Notes under the pieces: model-generated
What the model was told of the DNA's origin: nothing
Seen by the model: the letters and a program-made list of their open reading frames with translations, nothing else
Database searches by the model: none
IMG/VR virus record: IMGVR_UViG_2882649382_000014
DNA from: an uncultured virus (IMG/VR IMGVR_UViG_2882649382_000014)
Taxonomy: Duplodnaviria; Heunggongvirae; Uroviricota; Caudoviricetes
Length of the DNA stretch: 64,000 bases
Reading direction: 5' to 3' (one strand)
Translations under genes and position numbers: made by a program
In this document: piece by piece, positions 1-10,500 of the stretch
How the letters are laid out: each line of letters opens with the position of its first letter
Numbering within the stretch: position 1 is the first letter of the stretch

Positions 1-8
1 ATGAATGC

Positions 9-190
9 TTTATTCTCGCGTATGCAACGAGTCAAAAGCAATGCTTGCAAGGAACTGAAAGTTCCTTTGCACTTAGCGGCTGCGAGCGGGTCAAATATCC
101 CGCCCCTCTGGGGCGAAACTTGCCAAGGAACCGGAGGTTCCTTTAGAGAAACTAGGTCATGCCCCATTGCTCTGCAGAGGAGTGTTTGTC
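9..190. repeat. Palindromic MITE/REP-like repeat, copy A
   Basis: Shares TTATTCTCGCGTATGCAACGAG, GTCAAATA.CCCGCCCCTCTG and CTAGGTCATGC.CC.TTGCTCTGC with 20180-20323. Confidence 0.7.
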
Positions 191-1263
191 TAATGTAATG
201 AGAGTCTAATTACTTCAAAATTAAAATAGTATCCTTTTGGAATAGAGACATGAATTCGCAAACATCCATCACCTAAATCTTTGTCTTTCATATAAGCTGC
301 AAATGATTCTGATGTGAAATGTGTTACTAGTGAAGTGTATTCAGTGGAATTTTTAAATTCTTCTGAAGAAAATATAGGGATATTTCCTAACGACATAGTA
401 ATAATATCATCCTTTAATGGAAGATTTGTTTCAAGTGTATAGACCAATTCAATATTGGAATATTTTTTAGCTATTAATTCGGAATATCCGAATCCGTAAT
501 ATATCAAAATACCATTGCCATCATTATCTAAATTTGAATCTGATTTAAGTATATGGCATTGTGGGTTTTCTAAAGGGTGATTTATATCGGTAAGGTAGCA
601 TAGTGTACCATTTGGTACTGCATTGTCTTTAAGAAATAGAGAACATTCTTCTGATGTAGTTATTGATACAATATTAGAACCTTTTGATAGGAACTTTTTT
701 TCATTGTAATAATCATCGTAGACAATATATGCTCTAAAATAATATGTTGTTTTATTTGTTAATTCGGTTACTTCAACCATGTTGCCGATTATAGTAGCTA
801 TGTTATCAATAACAAATGGTGATAATCTGTAGTAACTGACGTATGACGAGTCAGAAACTGTTGGGGTTGTATTATAATAAATATAAAGGGATTTTATATA
901 TTGGTTTTCCTTATCAAAATCTGAAAAATTGGGGAAAGTAAATGTAAAAGTGGCGCTGTTAGAATTGTAGCAAACCGGGCTGCAATTTGCAATGATATTA
1001 GAATTGTTAATAAATATATTTAAGTCAGAGATAAATGGAATTTCATCCTTATCAGAATTATTTTCAGTTGGTTTTCTGTTAATTGCATCCAATATCTCTG
1101 CAATGCCACCGACTAAATCATCCACATATTTTTTTGTCGCTGGATTATAATCATCTGTTGGTGTGAAAGGAGTAGTATTTGTTTTTTGCAGACAGCCTTC
1201 ATGGCTTCTGTCTCCGCCATTTACACGGACAGTCTTACTATCTTTGGTTTTATATAGAATCAT
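190..1263 (-). CDS. Putative tail fibre/accessory protein; N-terminus shared with 3997..5049, FN3-like segment
   Basis: 357 aa; TPFTPTDDYNPATKKYVDD phage fibre-like motif; LTNKTTYYFRAY resembles fibronectin type III. Confidence 0.55.
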   Translation of the reverse strand: MILYKTKDSKTVRVNGGDRSHEGCLQKTNTTPFTPTDDYNPATKKYVDDLVGGIAEILDAINRKPTENNSDKDEIPFISDLNIFINNSNIIANCSPVCYNSNSATFTFTFPNFSDFDKENQYIKSLYIYYNTTPTVSDSSYVSYYRLSPFVIDNIATIIGNMVEVTELTNKTTYYFRAYIVYDDYYNEKKFLSKGSNIVSITTSEECSLFLKDNAVPNGTLCYLTDINHPLENPQCHILKSDSNLDNDGNGILIYYGFGYSELIAKKYSNIELVYTLETNLPLKDDIITMSLGNIPIFSSEEFKNSTEYTSLVTHFTSESFAAYMKDKDLGDGCLRIHVSIPKGYYFNFEVIRLSLH

Positions 1264-1303
1264 AATTTACCACCGCCTTTTTATTAAAAAGAAGTATTGC
1301 CTG
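1070..1303. repeat. ~235-bp direct repeat, copy 1 (leader plus first ~65 codons of 190..1263)
   Basis: Closely similar to 4856-5091. Confidence 0.9.
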
Positions 1304-1324
1304 ATTGTGTAAGCAATACTTCTT
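1289..1324. terminator. Inverted repeat, probable terminator after 1329..2195
   Basis: AAGAAGTATTGC...GCAATACTTCTT. Confidence 0.55.
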
Positions 1325-1328
1325 ATAT

Positions 1329-2195
1329 TTAGATACAAAACCCTGTTGCCACCCCTACAAAATCACTGCTGCTATCACAGAAATCAACCAGTCCATTATA
1401 TGTAATAATAGAGAATCCGATAGAAGAATCTTTAAGTGGAGACGCTGTCCAATAAGGCGCTCTTATCCCATTAGAACTTGAATTAAAACCATGGCCTTTA
1501 ATTCGATATCTTGATGAAAATTGATATAATGGCAATGGTCTTGTTCCTCGCTCAAAATAATCATCTGCTTTTATTGAATACCCATTTATTTCTGTTTCAG
1601 ATAGTAAAAATAAATTACGGGTAGCCCAGTCCGCTTTGCTTTTGTTATTTTCCAACCTATCAAGAGGACGTATAACATTTTTCCATTCTTCTGGGAACCT
1701 TTCAAATACTTTTTCCAAATATGTTGGCATGAGGGAAGCAGCATAGCCTCCTGTATTATCATCTGTTTCGTTCATTTTCATGGTTCCAAACATGCAATCA
1801 ACAGATGTCATGATAATATGATTATTTGTAAGAATGTTATTTTTTCCATAATTTAAGTATGTATTAAACCCGGAAATGACATATTTGATTGTTTCCCCAT
1901 CTCCCCATGGGTGATTGGTATTTTCTTCGTCTCCTGATAGAGTTATTTCGTAATAGTCGCCAAGTTCTAAGTTGGTAAAGTCACCATTTGATATTTTCTC
2001 CTTAAACTCTGTTGGTGTGTAAAAAGATTTTAGGTTTTTTCCATTATAATTTGCAAGTGATTTGGCAAGGTTTGTGTTAGAATTTTTTAAATCTGCAACA
2101 GACTGGTTTAGTTCAGATAATTCGGAATCTACAGCAGGTAATGTGTTTCCTGCAATTTGCAGTAATCCATTTTCTGTTTTTACATTTACGCTCAT
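1329..2195 (-). CDS. C-type-lectin-fold (DUF6273-like) tail protein, homologue of the DGR targets
   Basis: NTGGYAAS, LFLLSETEI, YWTASP and GVATGFCI align with 58135..59073 and 27962..28603. Confidence 0.7.
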   Translation of the reverse strand: MSVNVKTENGLLQIAGNTLPAVDSELSELNQSVADLKNSNTNLAKSLANYNGKNLKSFYTPTEFKEKISNGDFTNLELGDYYEITLSGDEENTNHPWGDGETIKYVISGFNTYLNYGKNNILTNNHIIMTSVDCMFGTMKMNETDDNTGGYAASLMPTYLEKVFERFPEEWKNVIRPLDRLENNKSKADWATRNLFLLSETEINGYSIKADDYFERGTRPLPLYQFSSRYRIKGHGFNSSSNGIRAPYWTASPLKDSSIGFSIITYNGLVDFCDSSSDFVGVATGFCI

Positions 2196-2226
2196 TTTGA
2201 TTGTTTGTTTCCTTTCCGGTTATAGT

Positions 2227-3894
2227 TTAATTGTATTTAAATAAACCTAATATTTCTATGTTATAGTTTGTACTTCCCATAATAGTAATTTTTCCAGTGG
2301 ATGGAGCATAATTCATTTGCCCAGCATTAGGAATTTGGCAGTTATTAGCGGATACAGATGGAGTCCATATAATTGTAGCAGTTTGATTTCCTCTTGTTTC
2401 CTTTGCATTTTTCCATGTTCCATTATAAGCGTTTATAATAAGAGCTGCATAATCAAGAAAGTGATAAACAGAATTGTCGTACGAATCTCCTCCGCTTAAC
2501 TGTTTATTTAATATGGTATAAATTGGAGCTGCTCCTACTATTGGACTTGAAACTGAAAGCCTATGATTAATATGGGCATTATTAGCAACTAAATCAGTCC
2601 AAATATTTCCATAATTTGCTTCATTTGATGGAGGCGTTGGTAATGGCATTACTGTTTCTCCATTAACTTCAAATTTGTCTGTAACTATTTGGATGTTGTT
2701 ATAGAATCTATATGATGTCCAAACAAAGTATTTTCCTCCGCCTCTCAAGTATAAAACAGGGTAAGAGGAATTATGAAGTTGTTTATATTTTACAGGAGGC
2801 TTATTATCTGATACAAATCTAAATTGGTCATCAAGATACATAACTTTGGCTGTAGTTGCACCCCAACCTCCACCAATTGTTAAAATGTCCAAATGGCATT
2901 GGAATCCTTCAACATGGTTTGACCATGATGGCACAGAAGCATTTCCGCCCCATACTCCAACTTCAATTCTTGATTGCCTATCAGTTGGAAGGTGTTCTAA
3001 AATGCAAGGATACCAAGTATTATTATCATATCCGGAAGAAAGATCTATTGTATGATGATAATCAGAAACGGCTGAAATATCATATGGATGTAATTCAACA
3101 TAACCCCTTCTATAAGAAGATTCTTTATCCCCCTTAAATCCATTTACTATATCTTCTGATAAATTTTCACTATTAAAGGGGCTTATCCATTCGCTCCAAG
3201 AATTACTACCATATTCTTTATGTCTTTTTTTTATTCCTGAACTTCCAAATGAATATTGACTTCCAAATGAGTAATTTCCATACTCAATTCCAAGAACTAC
3301 ATGGCTTCCTCCATTTTGCAGATAATCGCCTTCTGCGATAACTTTGGGGTGTATTGATAAGATGTAAGGTTTATTATCAGTCACGTTTAAGTCTTGGGCA
3401 ATAGTATCAAGTTCTGACTCGTAAATATTGAAAAATCCAAGATAAAGGACATTCTCTTTTAAATAATTAGTTATGATCTTATTTTGCACTGGGTTCTCAC
3501 TTTTAGATGATAGTATATTATCGATTTCCACATTTTTGTTTGAAATTTCTTGATAGTCATCTGTGATATTTACAATAGTCCCAACCTCAATTTCGCCAGC
3601 CAAAGAAGCAGCTTCAAATTCTTCCATTGTTCCGGTAAAACTAGAAGATGCACCTACGATTTCACCATCTTCACTTATCTTAATTGTTTTTCCATCTGGC
3701 TTAACAATTCCAGCTTTCTCAGTGGTTGCTATTTCTATTTCATTACCAGAACAAATTTTAATCTCACGGATTTTGTCACCGTAGTATCCAAGTTCAATAC
3801 TGTTATCTACTTCTATGCCTTTTTCGTTGATAGCGGTCTGGATATCATTTACTGCATTGCTTGTATATTGTAGTTTTTCTGCTATTGTTTCCAT
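2227..3894 (-). CDS. Putative tail fibre protein
   Basis: 555 aa; IATTEKAGIVKPDGKTI and LSSKSENPVQNKII motifs typical of Firmicutes phage fibres; GDKESSYRRG. Confidence 0.6.
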   Translation of the reverse strand: METIAEKLQYTSNAVNDIQTAINEKGIEVDNSIELGYYGDKIREIKICSGNEIEIATTEKAGIVKPDGKTIKISEDGEIVGASSSFTGTMEEFEAASLAGEIEVGTIVNITDDYQEISNKNVEIDNILSSKSENPVQNKIITNYLKENVLYLGFFNIYESELDTIAQDLNVTDNKPYILSIHPKVIAEGDYLQNGGSHVVLGIEYGNYSFGSQYSFGSSGIKKRHKEYGSNSWSEWISPFNSENLSEDIVNGFKGDKESSYRRGYVELHPYDISAVSDYHHTIDLSSGYDNNTWYPCILEHLPTDRQSRIEVGVWGGNASVPSWSNHVEGFQCHLDILTIGGGWGATTAKVMYLDDQFRFVSDNKPPVKYKQLHNSSYPVLYLRGGGKYFVWTSYRFYNNIQIVTDKFEVNGETVMPLPTPPSNEANYGNIWTDLVANNAHINHRLSVSSPIVGAAPIYTILNKQLSGGDSYDNSVYHFLDYAALIINAYNGTWKNAKETRGNQTATIIWTPSVSANNCQIPNAGQMNYAPSTGKITIMGSTNYNIEILGLFKYN

Positions 3895-3996
3895 TTGCTC
3901 ACCTCTTTTTGATTATTTTTCGTATTTATAAAGGCCGAAATAGAGGAGTTCGTTTCATTAAATTAAAAAGTTCAATTATCAAAGATTCTACAATTT

Positions 3997-5049
3997 TTAT
4001 GACTCCTCTGTGTTTTCTTCCTTAATCCATTCCAAACTTATTATTTTTAACTCTGTCTCTTTTTGGGAATTTGGCACTTTGAGATGGACTCCGATATGTC
4101 CATAGGGATCTTTATTGAAAGAAGAAGGGTTATAAAAGTCTGATAGCCGGATTTTCATTGTTTCCTCATGTCCACTGTTTTGGAAATAATATTGATCATG
4201 AAGGTATGCATGGCTTCTGCCACTGTCATGAAATCCAACATAGGCACAATATTTTGTATTATCATTTGATAATGCATATTGCAGATCGCCTTTATAAACA
4301 TATTTGATAACTAAATATCTTGTATAGGAATCTTCGGGTGAGTCAGGATACCATATGTCTTGTGTTGAATAAAAGTTTATTTCATTATATGGCAATGCGT
4401 CAATTCCGTTATGATAAATTCGTAATATATTATTTTCTGAATTTATTTCATAGTTTAATGTTGTTGAGGTGGAGTCGCTGCTGTCAATATTCCATTCAAT
4501 TTTTTTGCCAGGAGTTTCAAGTTCTACGATATTTGAGTGTCCAGTTGATATTATGGAAGGGTTTACTGAATCATTTACACCATATGCTGTGAAATAGATA
4601 TGCCCAAAGATAGGTACTGGTGATATACTGGTGCATGGATTTTTAGATAAAGTGTAATATAATATAGAAGTTGCATCATTTTTTGACACAGAATTGCTTG
4701 TCCCACAATATAAATCAGCACAGGTGACATCTGCACCAACTTTAGTATATGAAGCTGTTAATGAGCCTCTGTTATCTGGATTGTAAGAATATATTCTTAA
4801 ATCTTCTATTTTTAGGCTGTCATCTGTACTGTCTTCGCCGGAGTCTTCCCAGCTGGGTTTTCTGTTAATTACATCTAATATTTCTGCAATGTTTCCGACT
4901 GAATCATCCACATATTTTTTTGTTGCCGGATTATAATCATCTGTTGGTGTGAAAGGAGTAGTATTTGTTTTTTGCAGACAGTCTTCATGGCTTCCGTCTC
5001 CACCATCCACGCGGACAGTTTCACTATTTTTGGTTTTATATAGAATCAT
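3997..5049 (-). CDS. Putative tail fibre/accessory protein, paralogue of 190..1263
   Basis: 350 aa; first ~65 aa nearly identical to 190..1263, remainder divergent. Confidence 0.55.
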   Translation of the reverse strand: MILYKTKNSETVRVDGGDGSHEDCLQKTNTTPFTPTDDYNPATKKYVDDSVGNIAEILDVINRKPSWEDSGEDSTDDSLKIEDLRIYSYNPDNRGSLTASYTKVGADVTCADLYCGTSNSVSKNDATSILYYTLSKNPCTSISPVPIFGHIYFTAYGVNDSVNPSIISTGHSNIVELETPGKKIEWNIDSSDSTSTTLNYEINSENNILRIYHNGIDALPYNEINFYSTQDIWYPDSPEDSYTRYLVIKYVYKGDLQYALSNDNTKYCAYVGFHDSGRSHAYLHDQYYFQNSGHEETMKIRLSDFYNPSSFNKDPYGHIGVHLKVPNSQKETELKIISLEWIKEENTEES

Positions 5050-5091
5050 AATTTATCACCGCCTTTTTGATTGAAAAGAAATATTGTCTGG
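4856..5091. repeat. ~235-bp direct repeat, copy 2
   Basis: Closely similar to 1070-1303. Confidence 0.9.
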
Positions 5092-5106
5092 TCATATCTG
5101 TTTATT

Positions 5107-5224
5107 CCCACGAAGGCAAGGTGCAGACCAAATACCTTGTCTTCGTGGGGGACTTGTTAAGGAACCGAACGGTTCCTTTAGAGAGGTTAAGTTATGTTCT
5201 TCATTTTACAGAGGGATATTTGAT
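5107..5224. repeat. Hairpin plus degenerate copy of the palindromic repeat (copy C)
   Basis: CCCACGAAGGCAAGG...CCTTGTCTTCGTGGG hairpin; AAGGAACC...GGTTCCTTTAGAGA shared with 125-149. Confidence 0.5.
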
Positions 5225-5226
5225 TA

Positions 5227-7506
5227 TTATAAAATAGGAACCAGGACTTTATAACGTAACATGTCATGGTTTTCAGTGTAGTTTGAAACGTTTTTCCAAT
5301 TTACGATATCAGAGGACTTATATAGATTTGTACTAGTCCATGTATCTGATGCATATAATTCATTTTTAAATTCAATTAAATTTTGGAATTGGAGTTTACT
5401 TGGTGAAATACTGAGTAATGCTTTTATATTTGGCTCTATCCAGTTTAAAGAATTTGTATTTGTATCAAAAACCGCTAATTTAGGTAGTGTTCCGAAGACA
5501 ATTTTATTATTAATACATGCATAAATAGTGTCGGCTCTTCCTTCAAATAGAAATCTGTATCCGGATGCTGCTTCAAATATCTTATTCCAGGATATACCAT
5601 TGCTTGAACTGTATATCCTTATTTTTCCATCATCTATTTCATCATGATAATGCATTAAAAATCCAATTAAATAGAATGTTTCGTTAAAATATATGGCAAT
5701 GTATTGGTTGTTTTCATATATTCCAGCAATTGAGTTCCAATTTCTTCCGTTATAAGAATAATAGCAATGTCCGTGATATCCTCCTGTAACATACATGGAA
5801 TTATTTTTAGAAGTACAGAAATTTAAAATATTATATTCAGAAATAATAAATGAATTGTTGCCAATACTTAACCGCCTTTCTTTATCAGAAAAAGGTAAAT
5901 CTGTTTGATTCCATGTGTTTCCTCCGTCAATTGAATATAAAGAATTATTATTATATCCGCCGAGCAGCATTATGCCATTGCTATAATAGAATGTGTTCAT
6001 GTTTGAGAAAGAATTATTTTGGCATAATACTGTCCATTGCTTTAATGTCTTGCTTTGGTAAATGCTGGAATCTCTTTTCTCAAAGAATAAATAATTATCA
6101 TCACATAATTTTATTATATTAAATTTTTCATTATTAAATGGAGGGATAAACGAAATATTTTTTAATTTATTCCATGTTTGTCCATTATCAGTAGAATAGC
6201 AGGTAGGTGAAGTGTTGTTAAACTGTGTATCAGTATAGCCTAAAGCTACTAATGTGCCAGGTTCAAATGGAGTGTCTGTTTCGAGTGCTTCAATAACAAT
6301 TTCCACACTATCACTTGCATACAGGCTGTCAGTCTCTTTATACCTCACATACCATGTCCCGTCTGTTACTGTTGTATTCCCATCTGCACATCCTGTCCAG
6401 ACAGAAGCAGCAGGAGAGGAGGCGTATTCCATAGCTGCTGTTGTGCCATTAATTTTCAGTCCACCATCACTTAACCCTGTTGGTGGCTGCTGTGTTGATT
6501 TGGCTTTGGCTGGTGGCGCTAAAGTAATCTGTGTGTCAGCGGTTGGTGTCCCGGATATAGTAATCTGGCTGTCGCTGTTGCGTATGGTACTTATTCCATT
6601 CTGGCTGGCAATGTTATAGTCCGAAGGAAAATAATATCCGCTGTCTGCATGATAAATAACAGGAATCATAGCATTTTCAACGTTATTTTGGATTTCTTTT
6701 CCAGAAGAATTTTCCCAGGACATGTTATCCGCTATTGTAATTTTAACAGAAAAATACATTTTTGATTCCTTAATACAAATCAAAGTTTCATCCGGGATAT
6801 TCCCTGCATCCAAGTCAGCTTTAAATTCCCCATAGGTATCATAATACAATATATTAGAGCTGCCTGTTCCGCCGCTGGCAGAGCTGTTGTTAATTAAATC
6901 CTGGATTTGTTCATAATATTCTTTGGAGTCATCAGCATAATTTTTGGAGTCGTCGGCGTGGCTTTTAGAATCGTCAGCAGATTTTTTGGACTGTTCATAA
7001 TAATATTTGGAGTTGTCGGTTTTATCACCGTCCCGCACTTCATTGTCTGTGCCGACAGCATAGGATTTTGACTGCATTGCCCATTTTTTTGCTTCCTCTA
7101 CCAGGGCGGATACAGTTTTAATATCATCTGCTGTATTGCCTCCCGGGGAGTTGATTACTTTAATGACAAATGGGAACGTGGTAAGCTGTGTGCTGCTTTC
7201 TGCAAATACAAGGACAAGTTTTAGAAGCCCGTCATACATAAGCATATCTTCTGTCAATGTAAAGGCAACTGTATTTGCTGTATGGCTGTCCACATTTTTT
7301 TGGATTGTCAGGCCAGCGGGGTTTTCCCCTTTGATTTTGATGTTATCTGTATTAATGGTATATAATTTATTGGTGTCATACAATGTGGCAGTGATTTCAA
7401 ATGATTTGTTGTCCCCCTGCATGGCGCAGAGGAGCTCAAAGTTATTCGGCTGCCCGACATTTAAGGATATCTCTTTTTTTACAGTTGTTAATGCCAATTT
7501 TTTCAC
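5227..7506 (-). CDS. BppU-like baseplate upper protein with C-terminal BNR/Asp-box beta-propeller
   Basis: N-terminal AMQGDNKSFEITATL; AKKWAMQSKSYAVG; Asp-boxes YSTDNGQTW, YSIDGGNTW, YSSSNGISW. Confidence 0.7.
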   Translation of the reverse strand: MKKLALTTVKKEISLNVGQPNNFELLCAMQGDNKSFEITATLYDTNKLYTINTDNIKIKGENPAGLTIQKNVDSHTANTVAFTLTEDMLMYDGLLKLVLVFAESSTQLTTFPFVIKVINSPGGNTADDIKTVSALVEEAKKWAMQSKSYAVGTDNEVRDGDKTDNSKYYYEQSKKSADDSKSHADDSKNYADDSKEYYEQIQDLINNSSASGGTGSSNILYYDTYGEFKADLDAGNIPDETLICIKESKMYFSVKITIADNMSWENSSGKEIQNNVENAMIPVIYHADSGYYFPSDYNIASQNGISTIRNSDSQITISGTPTADTQITLAPPAKAKSTQQPPTGLSDGGLKINGTTAAMEYASSPAASVWTGCADGNTTVTDGTWYVRYKETDSLYASDSVEIVIEALETDTPFEPGTLVALGYTDTQFNNTSPTCYSTDNGQTWNKLKNISFIPPFNNEKFNIIKLCDDNYLFFEKRDSSIYQSKTLKQWTVLCQNNSFSNMNTFYYSNGIMLLGGYNNNSLYSIDGGNTWNQTDLPFSDKERRLSIGNNSFIISEYNILNFCTSKNNSMYVTGGYHGHCYYSYNGRNWNSIAGIYENNQYIAIYFNETFYLIGFLMHYHDEIDDGKIRIYSSSNGISWNKIFEAASGYRFLFEGRADTIYACINNKIVFGTLPKLAVFDTNTNSLNWIEPNIKALLSISPSKLQFQNLIEFKNELYASDTWTSTNLYKSSDIVNWKNVSNYTENHDMLRYKVLVPIL

Positions 7507-7512
7507 CTCGCT

Positions 7513-7595
7513 AAAAGAGGGCTGTTTCTGAGACAGCCCGTCATGGACTGCCCATAAATTACTTGAACAGTTTGTTCAGTTCATTTATGGGCAGT
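7513..7595 (-). terminator. Two hairpins between the Tal and BppU genes
   Basis: ACTGCCCATAAAT/ATTTATGGGCAGT (7547-7595) and GGGCTGT/ACAGCCC (7519-7539) followed by TCTTTT on the minus strand. Confidence 0.55.
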
Positions 7596-7597
7596 TT

Positions 7598-10500
7598 TTA
7601 ATTTAAAATAAGTTTCTCCAGTTTTTCAAGCCTTTGTGTTAAACCGTCAATTTTCCTGCTTTGTTCACGGATGATTGTTTCTTTTTCTTCCAAAGCCTTC
7701 CACTGTTCTGTTACCATTTCATGGAGGGACTGGATGGCCGCTATGGCAGGTGCTTCAAATTCGTTATATTTCAGGCACCAGGACAGGTTTTCATCCCCAA
7801 TATTTTCCCTGTAATAGCCTTCACTTCCATCATCTTTTACAACAGAAGCTTCGTACAGTGCAAGGTCGCCCATATTAAGGTCTTTCGCTGTCTGCGCGAC
7901 ATGCTGTGCGCCGAACCCCATGTGTACCCTTGTGCCACTGCCTTTGAAGGTATACCTGATTGGGTTCAATGCAAGTATGAAATCCAGGGATTTCTTTTTG
8001 TCCAGTGTGCCAATCACATTTTTCTTTTTCAGGTCGGAAGTTGTCACGTAATCCCTTGCAAATGCTGCCTCCCATGGGAAAGTTGATGTCCCGAGCACCC
8101 CGCAGTCGCACGGTTCATTATCTATGCCGTTTTCAAAATCATCATTTTTTACGTCGAAGCTCCTAAAAACCATCCTCCGTTTCCGCTTCCCGGAGTAGTC
8201 GTGCTCGTCCTCTTCGCCAAATACGGCGATGTGGTGGGAGGAGCCGTCCCCGGTAAACACTTTGCAGTGGAGGGCATTATTGTGCTTCCCGATATATTTA
8301 TTTTCACAGAACAGTGCGTCACCTGAGCCGTGGTTTATAAGCTTTAAGGACGGGGTGTCCGTATGCCCTGTTATTTCCACGTCGTCGTGGATGGTGTCAA
8401 CTTTTAACAGGTATCTTGATTCCCCTGCTTCCTGTGCAGGTTTGCTTGCAGCATAAAAACCTGCCTGTGAGATATCAATGTACCCGTGGTTTTCCACAAA
8501 ATTATGGCTGGTGTCGTCATACAGCCCGAAAATATACTTCCCGTCCAAAAGCCTTGCCGCATAGTTCTCCATCAAGTTACCAGTGCCGGACATATAGCTG
8601 TGGATATTGCCGTCTGCTGTAAGCTCCACATGCCTTGTGCCGGGGTTCTGTGGGGTGGAAGAGTATATTCTGTCCTTTGAGATATTCCATCCGCCAATCC
8701 TCATGAGCTGGTTCCCGCCAAGGTTAAAGCTGAGCAGTTCCTCAGATTTGTCGTTATATATTTCCATGGATTTATTTTCCAGGTTGATGCACATGCCACG
8801 GCTTCCGCTTACATAATCCGCTGACTTTAAGATGCCGGTAATGATTCCTGTCGTGATTTTCAGGAAGCCGAGGCCGTCGGAGTTAAAGTCAAAAATATTT
8901 TCGCCATTTTTACGGATTACCATGGAAGGGTTTGCAGGGTCAAGCTTGATATGGTTTCCGGATTCATTTCCAACAAGCACAAAGCCGGAGAACCTGCCTG
9001 TGCCGTCAATAATGAGGCCGTCTGCAGGAGAGTAGCGCAGGTAAATGTGTCTGCTGCCGTTTACCATTTTTGACATGGTGACGGATGGCTCCATTGCATT
9101 GATTTCAATTGTATTGTCCTTATAGTTAATAAAAAAACCCTTGTCTGTAATGCTGTATGTGCCTGACTTATTATAGATTTTTAACATTTCGGACATGATT
9201 AAATTGGCAATCAAAACTTCTGCATTCAGCCCGTATGCCCATTCCCACTGGCTTGCTTCATCGTTATAATAAAAGATTTTCCCAAGCGCAAGGCGGGTAT
9301 GTTTCCAGCCGTCGGAAGTGAAGCAGAGGAGGTTATTGATGATGCGGAGCTGTTCATCATCAAATGCATTTTTCACATCATCCCACATACGCCCGGTCAG
9401 GCCGTACTGGTTTATGACGAAATCCTGGTTATCTGCGTTGGTAATCATGGTGTTTGCCACATCCAGGCCGGCTTCTTTCATTATGGAAAATTCCTGGTTT
9501 GTCATATACCCTTTTTCAGCCTGGCGCGATACGGAATTAAAATTGGAAGAGATGGAAGCCGCCTGCTGGAAGATGCTTTTTAAGTCTGCCACGGCACTGT
9601 TTGTTTTTGTAACATCTGAAAACTCCACATCAATATGGGAAACATCCGTGTAGTCAAATGATACAGAAATCAGGCGGAGGCGGTAAATATCCCCGTCTAT
9701 CTGTATCCGGAGCCAGTTGCCGATGCAAAAATCATCCCAGAGCGGTTTAAATTCCTCCATTGTCAGCAGGTTTCCAATAGTTGTATTGATGGAATAATGG
9801 ACTTCACAGGCGTCTGCCAGTTCTTCTTCTGCCCGCTTGATTAAGCCTTCTACATTTTCTGTGACAGTGGCGTTGTCATACCCATCCCCGGCGTAATTGT
9901 CATTCTTATAGGTGTCCTCGCGTTTAAAGGAGCAGAGCTCATTCCACAGCCCGTTCCCATAAGCCCCGTTTTGGTAGTTTTTGAGAAAATTTTCCATGCT
10001 GCACAAATTTTTGATTTCCTGTATCTGTGCTCCATAAGTTTCTATCTGCTGTTTTAATCCAGAAACCTTACTTTTCAGGTATGCCATCCTTGCATCAATA
10101 CAGGCAATATATTTGTAATATTTCCAAAGCAGGTCTTCATAAATATTGGAAGTGCCGCCGCTGCTGTTGATATACTTTAAAATTTTGCTTGTGTTCCCAT
10201 TGCTGTATTTTGGCGCGCCATCCTCCCCGTTAATAATCTTGTCGGCATCGGAGACAATGCCGGAGTTTAATTTTGCAACGATCTGGCTGCATGCTTCATA
10301 GGCGTCCCGGAATGACTGCAGCCTGTTGATACAGTACATGGTATAATGCGTTTGAGGGAGTTTCTGCGGGTTTGCTTCATTGTCATATTGTGCATATGCC
10401 AATGGGTTATATGGGGCGGAAGGGCTGGTGACTGGCGGGTCAAAGGAAATAATGCTTTCAGATGCCTCGCTGTTTTCCAGCGATAGTTCAAGCTGTTGCT

